Source: an uncultured Saprospiraceae bacterium (lineage in GTDB: Bacteria; Bacteroidota; Bacteroidia; Chitinophagales; Saprospiraceae). Taken from it: a DNA stretch of 43,356 bases. The translations under genes were made by a program, and so were the position numbers. Within the stretch, counting starts at the first letter, position 1, and each line of letters begins with the position of its first letter. Below are positions 32,901 to 41,254 of the stretch, piece by piece. A model generated the notes under the pieces. That model was not told the DNA's origin, did not search any database, and saw only the letters and a list, made by a program, of their open reading frames with translations. Where the stretch lies: assembly GCA_964540155.1 (NCBI GenBank), contig CAZIMH010000001.1:1-43356 (forward strand), given 5' to 3'.

Positions 32901-35710
32901 GTGTTCTGTTATGGTATGGCGACTTTGATGGTGATGGATTCGGTAACATAGGTAATGCTGTTGTTTCATGTACACGGCCTAGTGGATTTGTAAGTAATAG
33001 TCTTGATTGCAATGACAATGATCCCGACATTAATCCTAATGCTGTAGAATCTTGCAATGGCATAGATGATGATTGTGATAACCTTGTAGATGATAATGAC
33101 CCAAGTGTTGTGAATGCAGCGACATTCTATATAGATAATGACCAAGATGGATTTGGAGATGCCAACGATATCGGTATCCTCAGTTGTGCACCACCTCCTG
33201 GACATGTTCCCAACAATCTGGATTGTAATGATGAGAATAGCAGCATCAATCCAGCTGGTCAGGAAGTATGCAATGGTTTGGATGATGATTGTGATGGACT
33301 AATCGATCAGGCGGACCCTAGTATTACAGGGTTAGTTGTATGGTTTGCAGATTTGGATGGCGATGGATTTGGAAACCCAAACAACAGCGTACAGGCTTGC
33401 ATTCAACCCGCCAATTTTGTCTCCAATAATAACGATTGTGATGATGGTAATAATACGATTAGCCCATCTTCTCCAGAACTGTGTAATGGTATAGATGATG
33501 ATTGTGATGGACTCATAGACGGAGATGATCCTGACTTAACAAGTGCGACTATTTGGTATTTTGATGGTGACATGGATGGATTTGGAAATCCAAGTAATAG
33601 TGTCATGGCCTGTAGTCAGCCCATAGGGTTTGTAGGCAATAATCTTGACTGTGACGATTCCCGATCTACTGTCAATCCTAATAGTCCTGAAGTTTGCGGA
33701 GGATTAGATGACAATTGTAATGGACTTATCGATGAGGAGGACCCAAGCTTAACTGGCACCCTTGTATGGTATGCAGATAATGATGGAGATGGATTTGGAG
33801 ATAATCAAAACACCATGCTGTCTTGCACACAACCTCTTGGGTTTGTGGACAATAATATAGATTGCAACGACATGAACCCACTTGTCAATCCAATGGGACA
33901 GGAAGTATGTAATGGTTTTGATGACGATTGTGATGGACTAATTGACTCTGCTGATCCTGATAATCAAGGTAACGGCATCTGGTATGTGGATGCAGATAGA
34001 GATGGATTTGGCAATACAGATATATTTGAAATTTCCTGTGTCCAGCCTACGGGTTTCGTATCTATAAATGGAGATTGCAATGACAATAATCCTAATATCA
34101 ATCCTGGAGCCACAGAAACTTGTAATTCTATAGATGATGATTGTGATGGATTTGTAGATGGCAACGACCCTAATCTAGTTGGTGGTGCTGTTTGGTATCA
34201 AGATGCTGACAATGATGGATGGGGTGATGCGGCTGTGTCACGTATGGATTGTTCGCAACCATTTGGCTTCGTTGCCAATGCAGGTGATTGCAATGATAGT
34301 AACGCAAGTATTTTCCCAGGATCTACAGAAGTATGTAATGGCCTTGATGATGATTGCGATGGCTTAGTTGATGGTGATGACCCTGACTTCTCTGGAGCCG
34401 CAACATGGTACTTGGATGCAGATGGTGATGGCTTTGGTAATGCAGCTAATTCAGTCCAAGAATGTGTGAGACCTGCAGGCTATGTAGACAACGGCAATGA
34501 TTGTAATGATGGCAATCCTCAAATCAATCCAGCTGCAACTGAGACTTGCAATGGTGTAGATGATGATTGTGACAATCTCACAGATGGAGATGACCCTGAT
34601 GTAAGTGGCCTCTTTAGAACTTGGTATGCTGACTTGGACAGAGATGGATTTGGAAACGAAAATCAGTTTATGGAATCTTGCACCCAACCTGCCGGATTTG
34701 TATCCAACAGTACCGATTGTGATGATACAAATGAGATGGTCTTTCCTGGAGCTATTGAACTATGCAATGGCATTGATGATGATTGTGATGGTTTGTTAGA
34801 CGATCAAGATCCGGACGTCGTGGGTGGTAATGTAAGATGGTTCAGAGACAATGATAGTGATGGATTTGGTGATGCTAATATGTCCCTTGAGTCATGTACT
34901 CAACCTGCAGGATATGTGATGGACGACTCAGATTGCGACGACAATAATCCAAGTGTATTTCCTGGTGCTCAGGAAGTGTGTAATGGACGAGATGACAATT
35001 GTGATGGTCTGATTGATATCGATGATCCGAATATATCTGGTGTTGGACTATGGTTTGCAGATTTGGACGAGGATGGATTTGGCGACCCTAATAATACAGT
35101 CGAAGATTGCACACAACCTATTGGATTTACTTTCAATAACGAAGACTGTGATGATACCAATCCATTTATCAATCCAGAAGCACAGGAGATATGCAATGAG
35201 ATAGACGACAATTGTGATGGACTCATAGATGATGAAGACACAGCACTTATAGATGGAGACACTTTCTTCTTTGATGCAGACGGCGATGGATATGGAGATG
35301 ATCTATTTCCACTTGTCTCTTGCGATCCTCCATCTGAATTTGTGCTGCTTGGTGGCGATTGTGACGATACGAATCCAGATATCTTTCCAGGCGCTGAAGA
35401 AATTCTGGGAAATGGTGTAGATGAAGATTGCGATGGCTTGGATAATACGACTTCTACGACAGAACTTAATGATGATAGTTTGGTAACCTTTCCCAATCCA
35501 TTTACGGAGTGGTTCACCATTGACTCTGAGAAGCAGGAGATTGTAAACCTGAAGTTATTAGATATCAACGGGAGAATTATTAATTCTCTGCAAGAAGTGA
35601 CATTACCATATACTCATTCTTTTAGCGATCTTACAACTGGCACCTATCTTTTGGTTATTCAAAATCAAGAAGGTGGAAAGCAAACAATGAGAAAAATTAT
35701 AAAGATTTAA
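29957..35710 (+). CDS. Giant secreted protein A: reprolysin-like domain with a degenerate zinc site, 17 MopE-like/DxDxDG repeats, and a T9SS C-terminal sorting domain
   Basis: 1917-aa ORF with a signal peptide (LSVVILLISASGFSVFAQ). The metzincin-like region is CHNLGHQFGADNN...EPGAGSSIMS. It is followed by an Ig-like segment, 17 repeats containing CNGIDDDCDG, and a C-terminal tail (FPNPFTEWFTID...GTYLLVIQNQEGGKQTMRKIIKI). Confidence 0.9.
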   Translation: MYLSIKKLKIQLSVVILLISASGFSVFAQINSSDWHTTTKSPTITNPYLTYPPVKYKMVSIDGEHFYNTLRKEDGSIWLPNPEGEMAQFILKRTNIISEDVAHHYNIQTFHGYMANDPSVHIACDISSAGFHASVLTAYDSYYIEPASKNHNDIHLVYYKRDKSNVAIEHSVENKVNKIAQQHINRSLAPDQKITFRLALSTTGEFSQQFGGTPYNPTNVMNALASGVNMINLIYLRDLGIEFTLITSPILIFEDPNNDPYSNISPTQLLQEANETIFSVLDANDFDVGHLLSWDNLGGAGTQAVVCSPFQKAQGFSSTTVSINTLWIDFVCHNLGHQFGADNNSAAGECQDSVDGFRYEPGAGSSIMSSLATCSQLSYTIEADPFFHYASIEAIQANIDSISCGVITATNNIDDPIVDANANITIPKETPFILVGRANDINDPSLLTYDWEQFDGDGPATSGLPDCNDPTQPLFRYRPPSTDNFRYFPEYNEILMGNNIGTDFEKLPCTQREMLFSLAVRDNDLGHGRVVHDTMRVFVADTGPFEVTAPNGGETYIVGTNATITWNENNTSLHCPLIDILISTDSGVSYSVLEDSISNNGSITIPVPDMVTTQARILLRCHQGGGGFQSSSTFFDISNNDFQIDTIVIIDDDGDGWDVTEDCDDNDPNVNPGADEICNGIDDNCNLLIDDADPTLINADTWYLDNDGDGFGDASMSMMACIQPIGYVVDNTDCDDTNRDVFPGADEVCNGIDDDCDGLVDTDDPDLVMALRWYFDNDGDGFGDATMALADCNQPTGYVDNPDDCDDTDADINPNADEVCNGIDDNCNGLIDADDPSLVGNNLWFRDMDNDQFGDDLITLISCSQPPGYVSMGGDCNDNNQFINPLAQEICNGIDDDCDGLVDSNDPDVTGTLSWFRDFDGDGFGNAAIVIQSCNAPAGFVSNSTDCNDNNSFINPNAPEICNGIDDDCDGLVDTNDPDLTGVLLWYGDFDGDGFGNIGNAVVSCTRPSGFVSNSLDCNDNDPDINPNAVESCNGIDDDCDNLVDDNDPSVVNAATFYIDNDQDGFGDANDIGILSCAPPPGHVPNNLDCNDENSSINPAGQEVCNGLDDDCDGLIDQADPSITGLVVWFADLDGDGFGNPNNSVQACIQPANFVSNNNDCDDGNNTISPSSPELCNGIDDDCDGLIDGDDPDLTSATIWYFDGDMDGFGNPSNSVMACSQPIGFVGNNLDCDDSRSTVNPNSPEVCGGLDDNCNGLIDEEDPSLTGTLVWYADNDGDGFGDNQNTMLSCTQPLGFVDNNIDCNDMNPLVNPMGQEVCNGFDDDCDGLIDSADPDNQGNGIWYVDADRDGFGNTDIFEISCVQPTGFVSINGDCNDNNPNINPGATETCNSIDDDCDGFVDGNDPNLVGGAVWYQDADNDGWGDAAVSRMDCSQPFGFVANAGDCNDSNASIFPGSTEVCNGLDDDCDGLVDGDDPDFSGAATWYLDADGDGFGNAANSVQECVRPAGYVDNGNDCNDGNPQINPAATETCNGVDDDCDNLTDGDDPDVSGLFRTWYADLDRDGFGNENQFMESCTQPAGFVSNSTDCDDTNEMVFPGAIELCNGIDDDCDGLLDDQDPDVVGGNVRWFRDNDSDGFGDANMSLESCTQPAGYVMDDSDCDDNNPSVFPGAQEVCNGRDDNCDGLIDIDDPNISGVGLWFADLDEDGFGDPNNTVEDCTQPIGFTFNNEDCDDTNPFINPEAQEICNEIDDNCDGLIDDEDTALIDGDTFFFDADGDGYGDDLFPLVSCDPPSEFVLLGGDCDDTNPDIFPGAEEILGNGVDEDCDGLDNTTSTTELNDDSLVTFPNPFTEWFTIDSEKQEIVNLKLLDINGRIINSLQEVTLPYTHSFSDLTTGTYLLVIQNQEGGKQTMRKIIKI
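30953..30985 (+). other. Degenerate metzincin zinc-binding motif (HNLGHQFGADN in place of HExxHxxGxxH)
   Basis: Read directly from the codons: cat aat cta gga cat caa ttc ggc gca gac aat. The catalytic Glu position and the third His ligand position are both Asn. Confidence 0.75.
31907..35443 (+). repeat. In-frame coding tandem array: 17 units of about 71 codons (213 nt; three units are 216 nt)
   Basis: The TG(T/C)-AA(T/C)-GGN (C-N-G) anchor, or its variant, occurs at 31988, 32201, 32414, 32627, 32840, 33053, 33269, 33482, 33695, 33908, 34121, 34334, 34547, 34763, 34979 and 35192. The degenerate 17th unit (GNG for CNG, about 35405) has lost the anchor Cys. Spacings are 213 or 216 nt. Confidence 0.9.
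35480..35707 (+). other. T9SS type-A C-terminal sorting domain of protein A
   Basis: The last about 76 aa (LVTFPNPFTEWFTIDSEKQEIVNLKLLDINGRIINSLQ...GTYLLVIQNQEGGKQTMRKIIKI) fit the Por_Secre_tail pattern: the NPF motif, alternating beta strands and GxY...V. Confidence 0.8.
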
Positions 35711-35739
35711 AACCTGACTAACTCAATCTCAGTATAATT

Positions 35740-35782
35740 AAGCAAGGCTCCCTTCATAGAAAGTGGAGCCTTGCTTTTTTTA
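35740..35782. terminator. Strong hairpin terminator shared by convergent giant genes A and B
   Basis: A perfect 12-bp stem, AAGCAAGGCTCC (35740-35751) pairing with GGAGCCTTGCTT (35765-35776), is followed by a T-run on the + strand. It is the only structured element in the 94-nt gap between the two stop codons. Confidence 0.7.
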
Positions 35783-35804
35783 CACAAAAAATTTTTCTTA
35801 GCAA

Positions 35805-38800
35805 TTATTCTACGATAAGCATATGTCTAATTGCTTTACTGTCGCCAGATTCTAATTTATAATATACCATACCGGTAGCATTAATATCTGACTTAGAAAG
35901 TGTCCAGGTATTGAATCCTTTTGCACCTGACTTAGTTATGGAATTCAAAATTTGACCAGTCAAGTCATATAAGGTTAAGGTGACATCTCCAGATTCCGGC
36001 AGTTCGAAATCAATATCAGTTTGATCAGTGAATGGGTTAGGCCTATTTTGATATAATTTGAAATCACTGCTCTCCTTTGCCTTTAATCGAATATCTCTTG
36101 CTTCCAAAGAATGTCCTACATAAGCTTCAGATTTAAGTCGTGTATTCCTTAATCTCAACTGATCAGAAAGCAGTCCATCACGACCTGCAACAAATATGAT
36201 AGTCAAGGCATTAGTGCCATCTGAAAGGCTAAAATCACTATTGTAACTGATAGAAACATTGTCATCCTGGACTCGATAATTTGCTTCGGTAAGTCCCTCT
36301 CCATCTAATGAAACAATTTCACCATCTTCTGCCAGGATTTGCACTTGATAACCATATACGTCAGAGACTGATGGAGATATGGCTACTTCTACTCTATCGC
36401 CAGCTTGTACAAATTGATCATCATATACATACAAAATATCGTCATCATTTCTAAATTCAATTCCTTGACTTACAACATTTGGCACCACTGTATTATCTAC
36501 ATCCCCTAATTTCACACCTATAAAGTCTGAATCTGTTACTTGTTGAGAAAGATTCATAAGCATGATAGAATCTCTGAATATCCACGGATTCTCCAAAGTC
36601 AATTCTTGATCTGCATCCACAAACGTCCATGACTCATTATGAGGGAAATTATCATTTACACCCAATATCATCTTTCTTAGTGCGACAAGATCGGCTCCAT
36701 TGATTTTGCTATCCCGATTGACATCTGCTGCAATCATTTTATATGGAGTAGACAATCTTTCCTGTCCAAGTATATGACGCTGTACATGAATTATATCAAC
36801 AGTATTGACACCATTCATAACATCATCGCCCTTGTAGCCTTTTACCAGATAATCATCCTGCATCACAATATCTGCGAATGCATAGGCGCCGTCTTCATCT
36901 GACATATCAACTGCTGGATTCGTTGCAAAATTAGATTTAAGTGTAGTTTCCACTTCTTGGATACTTTCTCCTAGTTCAGTAGAGAATTGGCCTGAGATAC
37001 TTGTACGTGTACCCACAGGGATATCATCATCAGAAATAATAGCATTGACTACGCAAAAATCAAAATTACCACAGTCATCGTGTACATATACACTTACCGT
37101 CACAGTTCCTTGTGGACTAATATCATCTCTGGTGAATAACCTACCAGCTGAACTATTAATTGCATTCCAACTATCAGCTACACCATTCTCAAAATCAGTT
37201 TGAGTTGCGGATGTACCATCATCAGGATTATAAAAACCTGTTGAAGTTGGTGGCGCTAGCTCTGTAAATGTAAATCGCAGATTTTCTTGCATTGTACAAT
37301 TATCAGTAGCCCCTGCATCAAAATCTACTGCCCATAACTCAAAAGTGCCGTCATCACCCACCGAAGTCGCAACAGAGTTACAATAGACTGTAGGGATTGT
37401 TGTATCGGTCACAGTGAACATACTCTGGGCCGATCCTTCATTACCACAATTATCTGTTACTGTAGCAACTATACTATGACCTGATTTACTAACTGGAAGA
37501 TTGAACAAAGCCAATTGAATAGTATCGCCGGAAAATGAACTTTCAATCTGGTTGACATCAATCGAACCATCATTGTTATAGTCCACAGCAATAATCCAAC
37601 TTAATTCACCATTTGGACAAGAATCATCATCAGTAGATGATAATGGAATAGAAACAAAATCTAGGGAACATGCACTTGACTGTAGATCAAAATTCATATT
37701 CTGAGGTATTCTAACTATCGGACTATTGTCATCTACAACGTCGATAAGCTGAGTCATGGTAAATCTTCCCTGAGCACCATTTGTCCTGTCAAACGTACAC
37801 CAGTCCAATACAGTCCATACATTCTGAATAGAAAAGCAAACACCAGCATTGTTATTTATAGTATCTGATTCTACCGTCACACTTATATGTCCACAAGAAA
37901 CATCATCGAAGGTTGGGGGATCTAATTCGAACCCAGCACAACTCACAGTCATGTCCTGTGGCCATACAATCGAACCCGGATTAAACACATCAGACTCAAC
38001 TACAAAATACTGTGTACAAATAACAGCACCCTCACTCTCAAACTCTCTTTGTAATGCTCCAAATCCACATGTTTCGTCATATGGCGGAATAGCATCTGGA
38101 GACCCATCACCATCAACATCAAATTGAGGAGAAGCATTTGCAGGCTTGCTAGCCGGAACTGTAGCAGTGATTGTAGCCAAATCATCTAATCCCAAATTGA
38201 CATCACCACAAATTCCTGTACGATTAGGTCTACCTGTATTGCTTAAATCATCTAAGAAGCCTGCATCAAATTGAACGCAATCTATTACCATACCATCAGG
38301 ACAAGTAGTCAGCTCTGAAGATCTATCTTGAAGAATGACCATAGATCTAACTATATTGGTATTACCACATTCGTCGGTCACCATCAATTCCACCTCAATC
38401 TCTGCAAAACCTTCAGGTCCCATGTCCTCGCAACAGAAGTGGATGAATGGACCAAATTCGTCATCAGTACTATCACAATGATCATCATCTCTTCTTATAC
38501 CAAGTGTCACTTCAGTACAACTATCAAACGAACCATTGTCTATACTCTCTGCACTTACCTTAGCAAATGCATCAGTAGTTCCAGAAGTATAGACTGGCAC
38601 TGCGATAGATTCTACAGCTATAGCATTAGGTGAGATATTATCCTTAATCATCACTTCTAAAGTAGCAGTGGATTGATTTCCGCAACAATCGGTTGCGCTG
38701 TAGAATATCTGATGTGTCCCCGCTTCGAGTGCGACAGCTGTAAATCCAGACTGTGCATTACCAGTAATCATATGACCTCCAGAGGTTCCATCAACCATAT

Positions 38801-41183
38801 AACTTACATTAGAATCGCAATTATCACTTATCCTAAGAGGAGCAGGCAATAGCAAATCTACTGTACAAAATCCTCCCCGGGTGGTCTCAGAAATAGACAG
38901 TGGCAAATCTAGCACTGGTGCTTGATCATCTTCCAGTCTGATGACTTGCAAGTGATTCTGAACATCAGAAGTACACCAATCCAATATAGTCCATGTTCTT
39001 AAAATTTTGCCTCCACCTATACAATCAGGTGAACAACCTCCTCCCCCGCTCATCGCATCAGAGAATGTGCTATTAATATTACAAAGATTATCTTCAATGC
39101 CAACTGGAGCACCATTGATATATACATGAGGAAAGGCGAATGCTACCCCAAGAGAATTGGCCAATGATGAAGGAGAAGGCCCAGCATTACAATCTACAGA
39201 CACAGTGGTAGAAGGAAGGTATACTTGGTTATTGACAGGATTATCAATTGGACCATCTACAGCAATGATATTGGACAAAGTCAACGGCTCAAAAGAATAT
39301 TCTCTGGTACACGTAATAACATCAGTTTGCTGGCCACCTTGGGCTGTAAAACTCACTGTCCATGTTCTTCTTAAAGTGCTGCCACGACATGCACCTAAAT
39401 CTGATAAATCATCTTCAAATGTGACTGATTCAACTTCAAAATTCTGACAGTTATCCTCAATATTTCCATTAACAAAATCATCAATGTCACTAGGCAAATT
39501 CTCACCTTCTAGCAAAGTCACATCATAGCATGAAAATATACATTCTGGTGCAAAGGTTCCATTTCCTAATCCTCCAACTGGACAATCGCATTCCAATTCT
39601 GGCGGCGTTTTGTCTTCAAGAGTCACATTACCCCAGCAAGTCGCAGATGAGCATAGATGTGTAACAGTATAGACAAGTTGCTGACCTATAAAATTGTTGG
39701 CATTATCATCGCTGCTTGCCGTTTCATTTCTTATATCTACAGGCGTACCATCTGGTGCAGTCATAGTGATTTCAAAATCTTCAGGAGAATTCACATCATT
39801 TTCTATCAACTGATCTATAGATAAAAGACTCGCATCACAGTTAGGGCCTAAAGTCACATTTATGGCATCATTACAAGCTAATGAAGCAATATCAAATGAG
39901 CAATCGACTTCGTACAAGGCAGGTCCACAAACAGTATAACACTCTCCAGTATATGGAGCTGTCCCATTGACCAGCGCTGTTAGATTTACTTCAACACCTG
40001 CATTGGTCAATGTAGAAACTATAGGTGCCTGATCTCCTTTAAAATTAAGCGCATATACATAATAGCTGCCAACAGGAAGACTTGTAAATAGCCCTACTGG
40101 ATTAGCTGCCAAAATTGTTGTAGTGCCCGAATTGGCCTCTGTCAAGAAATACCACTGAAAAAAGTCGGTACTACCACCTGCAAGAAAAGTTCCTGGTTGC
40201 GCTTGGGAGAAAATTGTCCCTCCTGTATTGTCTATAGCAGCATCGACACAGACACAATTGACAAAGTCATTGTCAGCCTCTCCATTACCAGTGAGGTCTG
40301 TACAAAAGGTCTCCGCAACTTCGACAATCGTTGTACAAGTGCTTAACGCATTATCAGCAATAGACACTGTCTGAACTGAAGTGCCATTCAAAGAATGAGA
40401 AAAAGGGCCAAATACTAAAGTTGTACCAAGAAAATTCTGAGTAGCACCACTTAGAGTGACGTTAAAATCTATAGCACCTGTTCCTCCAGATATAGAGGAT
40501 ACTTCTACATAATAAGATCGTTCAGTAAAATTATTGTTGTCATCTGAACAGATTGCTACCGCTTCTACTATGATGTCATTGCATACCGGAGCTGGACATG
40601 GAGAACTTGGATAAGGTGTAGCTGCATCACTATTATTTGTCTCCCCATCTAAAGCGTTAGGTCCACTATACATCCAATTATTATCAAACACAGCACCACT
40701 TGCCAACTGATCAGTAGAAAAGGCCCATCCATCAAGATACTCCCATATTTCTCCAGTGCCATCGGTATTTATATCACCAAATACATCTTCTACTGCTGCG
40801 TTGCAAAATAGTTCTATCGCATCATCGCCATTTACATTAGCAACTGCATCGACAAAGTCTGGGTTACAGCCAAAGTAGTTATTATACTCTGTTGACTCAG
40901 TAGCAACAGTAATACAGTTACCCGCTGATAATGACATGGCTGGAAAAGTATACTCTTCTCCTTCAGTGCCCCCACCATTATTTACAGATCCAAGCGCATA
41001 GATACTTAAATCAGCTATATCGCCATTAGCACAGATTTGAATCGCCTTAGGCGTTCCTCCTATTAATGGTCCATCGATTACGCCTGCTATATATGCATTC
41101 CCACATTGGGCTGTTATATTATTATGTAACACGAGAAGACTTAAGAAAAACATTGTCTTTAGAATTCCTTGAATTTTAGTCAT
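35805..41183 (-). CDS. Giant secreted protein B: LTD-like, unassigned Cys-framed module, HYR-like repeats, dockerin-like, cohesin-like, and a T9SS C-terminal sorting domain
   Basis: The track ORF reaches 41288. I place the start at ATG 41183-41181 (MTKIQGILKTMFFLSLLVLHNNITAQ, a signal peptide), downstream of the stop of gene C. HYR-like signatures include FYSATDCCGNQSTATLEVMIKDNISP and ATVTDNCGNEGSAQSMFTVTDTTIP, and the RTWT..DWC motif recurs. The Ca-loop is DVNRDSKINGADLVALRKMILG. The C-terminal tail is YQNRPNPFTDQTDIDF...GMVYYKLESGD. Confidence 0.88.
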   Translation of the reverse strand: MTKIQGILKTMFFLSLLVLHNNITAQCGNAYIAGVIDGPLIGGTPKAIQICANGDIADLSIYALGSVNNGGGTEGEEYTFPAMSLSAGNCITVATESTEYNNYFGCNPDFVDAVANVNGDDAIELFCNAAVEDVFGDINTDGTGEIWEYLDGWAFSTDQLASGAVFDNNWMYSGPNALDGETNNSDAATPYPSSPCPAPVCNDIIVEAVAICSDDNNNFTERSYYVEVSSISGGTGAIDFNVTLSGATQNFLGTTLVFGPFSHSLNGTSVQTVSIADNALSTCTTIVEVAETFCTDLTGNGEADNDFVNCVCVDAAIDNTGGTIFSQAQPGTFLAGGSTDFFQWYFLTEANSGTTTILAANPVGLFTSLPVGSYYVYALNFKGDQAPIVSTLTNAGVEVNLTALVNGTAPYTGECYTVCGPALYEVDCSFDIASLACNDAINVTLGPNCDASLLSIDQLIENDVNSPEDFEITMTAPDGTPVDIRNETASSDDNANNFIGQQLVYTVTHLCSSATCWGNVTLEDKTPPELECDCPVGGLGNGTFAPECIFSCYDVTLLEGENLPSDIDDFVNGNIEDNCQNFEVESVTFEDDLSDLGACRGSTLRRTWTVSFTAQGGQQTDVITCTREYSFEPLTLSNIIAVDGPIDNPVNNQVYLPSTTVSVDCNAGPSPSSLANSLGVAFAFPHVYINGAPVGIEDNLCNINSTFSDAMSGGGGCSPDCIGGGKILRTWTILDWCTSDVQNHLQVIRLEDDQAPVLDLPLSISETTRGGFCTVDLLLPAPLRISDNCDSNVSYMVDGTSGGHMITGNAQSGFTAVALEAGTHQIFYSATDCCGNQSTATLEVMIKDNISPNAIAVESIAVPVYTSGTTDAFAKVSAESIDNGSFDSCTEVTLGIRRDDDHCDSTDDEFGPFIHFCCEDMGPEGFAEIEVELMVTDECGNTNIVRSMVILQDRSSELTTCPDGMVIDCVQFDAGFLDDLSNTGRPNRTGICGDVNLGLDDLATITATVPASKPANASPQFDVDGDGSPDAIPPYDETCGFGALQREFESEGAVICTQYFVVESDVFNPGSIVWPQDMTVSCAGFELDPPTFDDVSCGHISVTVESDTINNNAGVCFSIQNVWTVLDWCTFDRTNGAQGRFTMTQLIDVVDDNSPIVRIPQNMNFDLQSSACSLDFVSIPLSSTDDDSCPNGELSWIIAVDYNNDGSIDVNQIESSFSGDTIQLALFNLPVSKSGHSIVATVTDNCGNEGSAQSMFTVTDTTIPTVYCNSVATSVGDDGTFELWAVDFDAGATDNCTMQENLRFTFTELAPPTSTGFYNPDDGTSATQTDFENGVADSWNAINSSAGRLFTRDDISPQGTVTVSVYVHDDCGNFDFCVVNAIISDDDIPVGTRTSISGQFSTELGESIQEVETTLKSNFATNPAVDMSDEDGAYAFADIVMQDDYLVKGYKGDDVMNGVNTVDIIHVQRHILGQERLSTPYKMIAADVNRDSKINGADLVALRKMILGVNDNFPHNESWTFVDADQELTLENPWIFRDSIMLMNLSQQVTDSDFIGVKLGDVDNTVVPNVVSQGIEFRNDDDILYVYDDQFVQAGDRVEVAISPSVSDVYGYQVQILAEDGEIVSLDGEGLTEANYRVQDDNVSISYNSDFSLSDGTNALTIIFVAGRDGLLSDQLRLRNTRLKSEAYVGHSLEARDIRLKAKESSDFKLYQNRPNPFTDQTDIDFELPESGDVTLTLYDLTGQILNSITKSGAKGFNTWTLSKSDINATGMVYYKLESGDSKAIRHMLIVE
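35808..36065 (-). other. T9SS type-A C-terminal sorting domain of protein B
   Basis: The last about 86 aa are DFKLYQNRPNPFTDQTDIDFELPESGDVTLTLYDLTGQILNSITKSGAKGFNTWTLSKSDINATGMVYYKLESGDSKAIRHMLIVE. Confidence 0.8.
36660..36840 (-). other. Dockerin-like EF-hand calcium loop pair in protein B
   Basis: GDDVMNGVNTVDIIHVQRHILG is a degenerate first loop. DVNRDSKINGADLVALRKMILG is a canonical D-x-N-x-D-x-x-I-x-x-x-D loop plus helix; its D codon lies at 36725-36723. Confidence 0.6.
40644..41105 (-). other. Lamin-tail-domain (LTD)-like module at the N-terminus of mature protein B
   Basis: YIAGVIDGPLIGGTPKAIQICANGDIADLSIYALGSVNNGGG.EGEEYTFP...NGDDAIELFCNAAVEDVFGDINTDGTGEIWEYLDGWAF resembles the LTD pattern found in secreted bacterial nucleases and adhesins. 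Confidence 0.55.
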
Positions 41184-41254
41184 GGTATTCGTTTCTGATA
41201 TGAAAGAGAATATATTTAGTACTGTCATGATTATCCTATTTTGGTTATAAATTA

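Noticed and set aside
31907-35443. The 213-nt periodicity considered as a CRISPR array or non-coding satellite.
   Set aside because: The period is a multiple of 3, and the array is in frame with a single ORF that continues on both sides. The units are diverged throughout rather than alternating identical repeats with unique spacers. No cas genes are present.
31256-35568. Long antisense ORFs inside gene A, for example 31300-31755 (151 aa), 31882-32334 (150 aa), 32509-33063 (184 aa) and 34969-35568 (199 aa). They have Ser/Pro-rich translations.
   Set aside because: They are the mirror image of a GAT/GAC/TGT/AAT-rich repeat that lacks reverse-complement stop codons. The translations are low-complexity (SPSPS, SSS), have no start context, and lie wholly within a strongly supported 1917-aa sense ORF.
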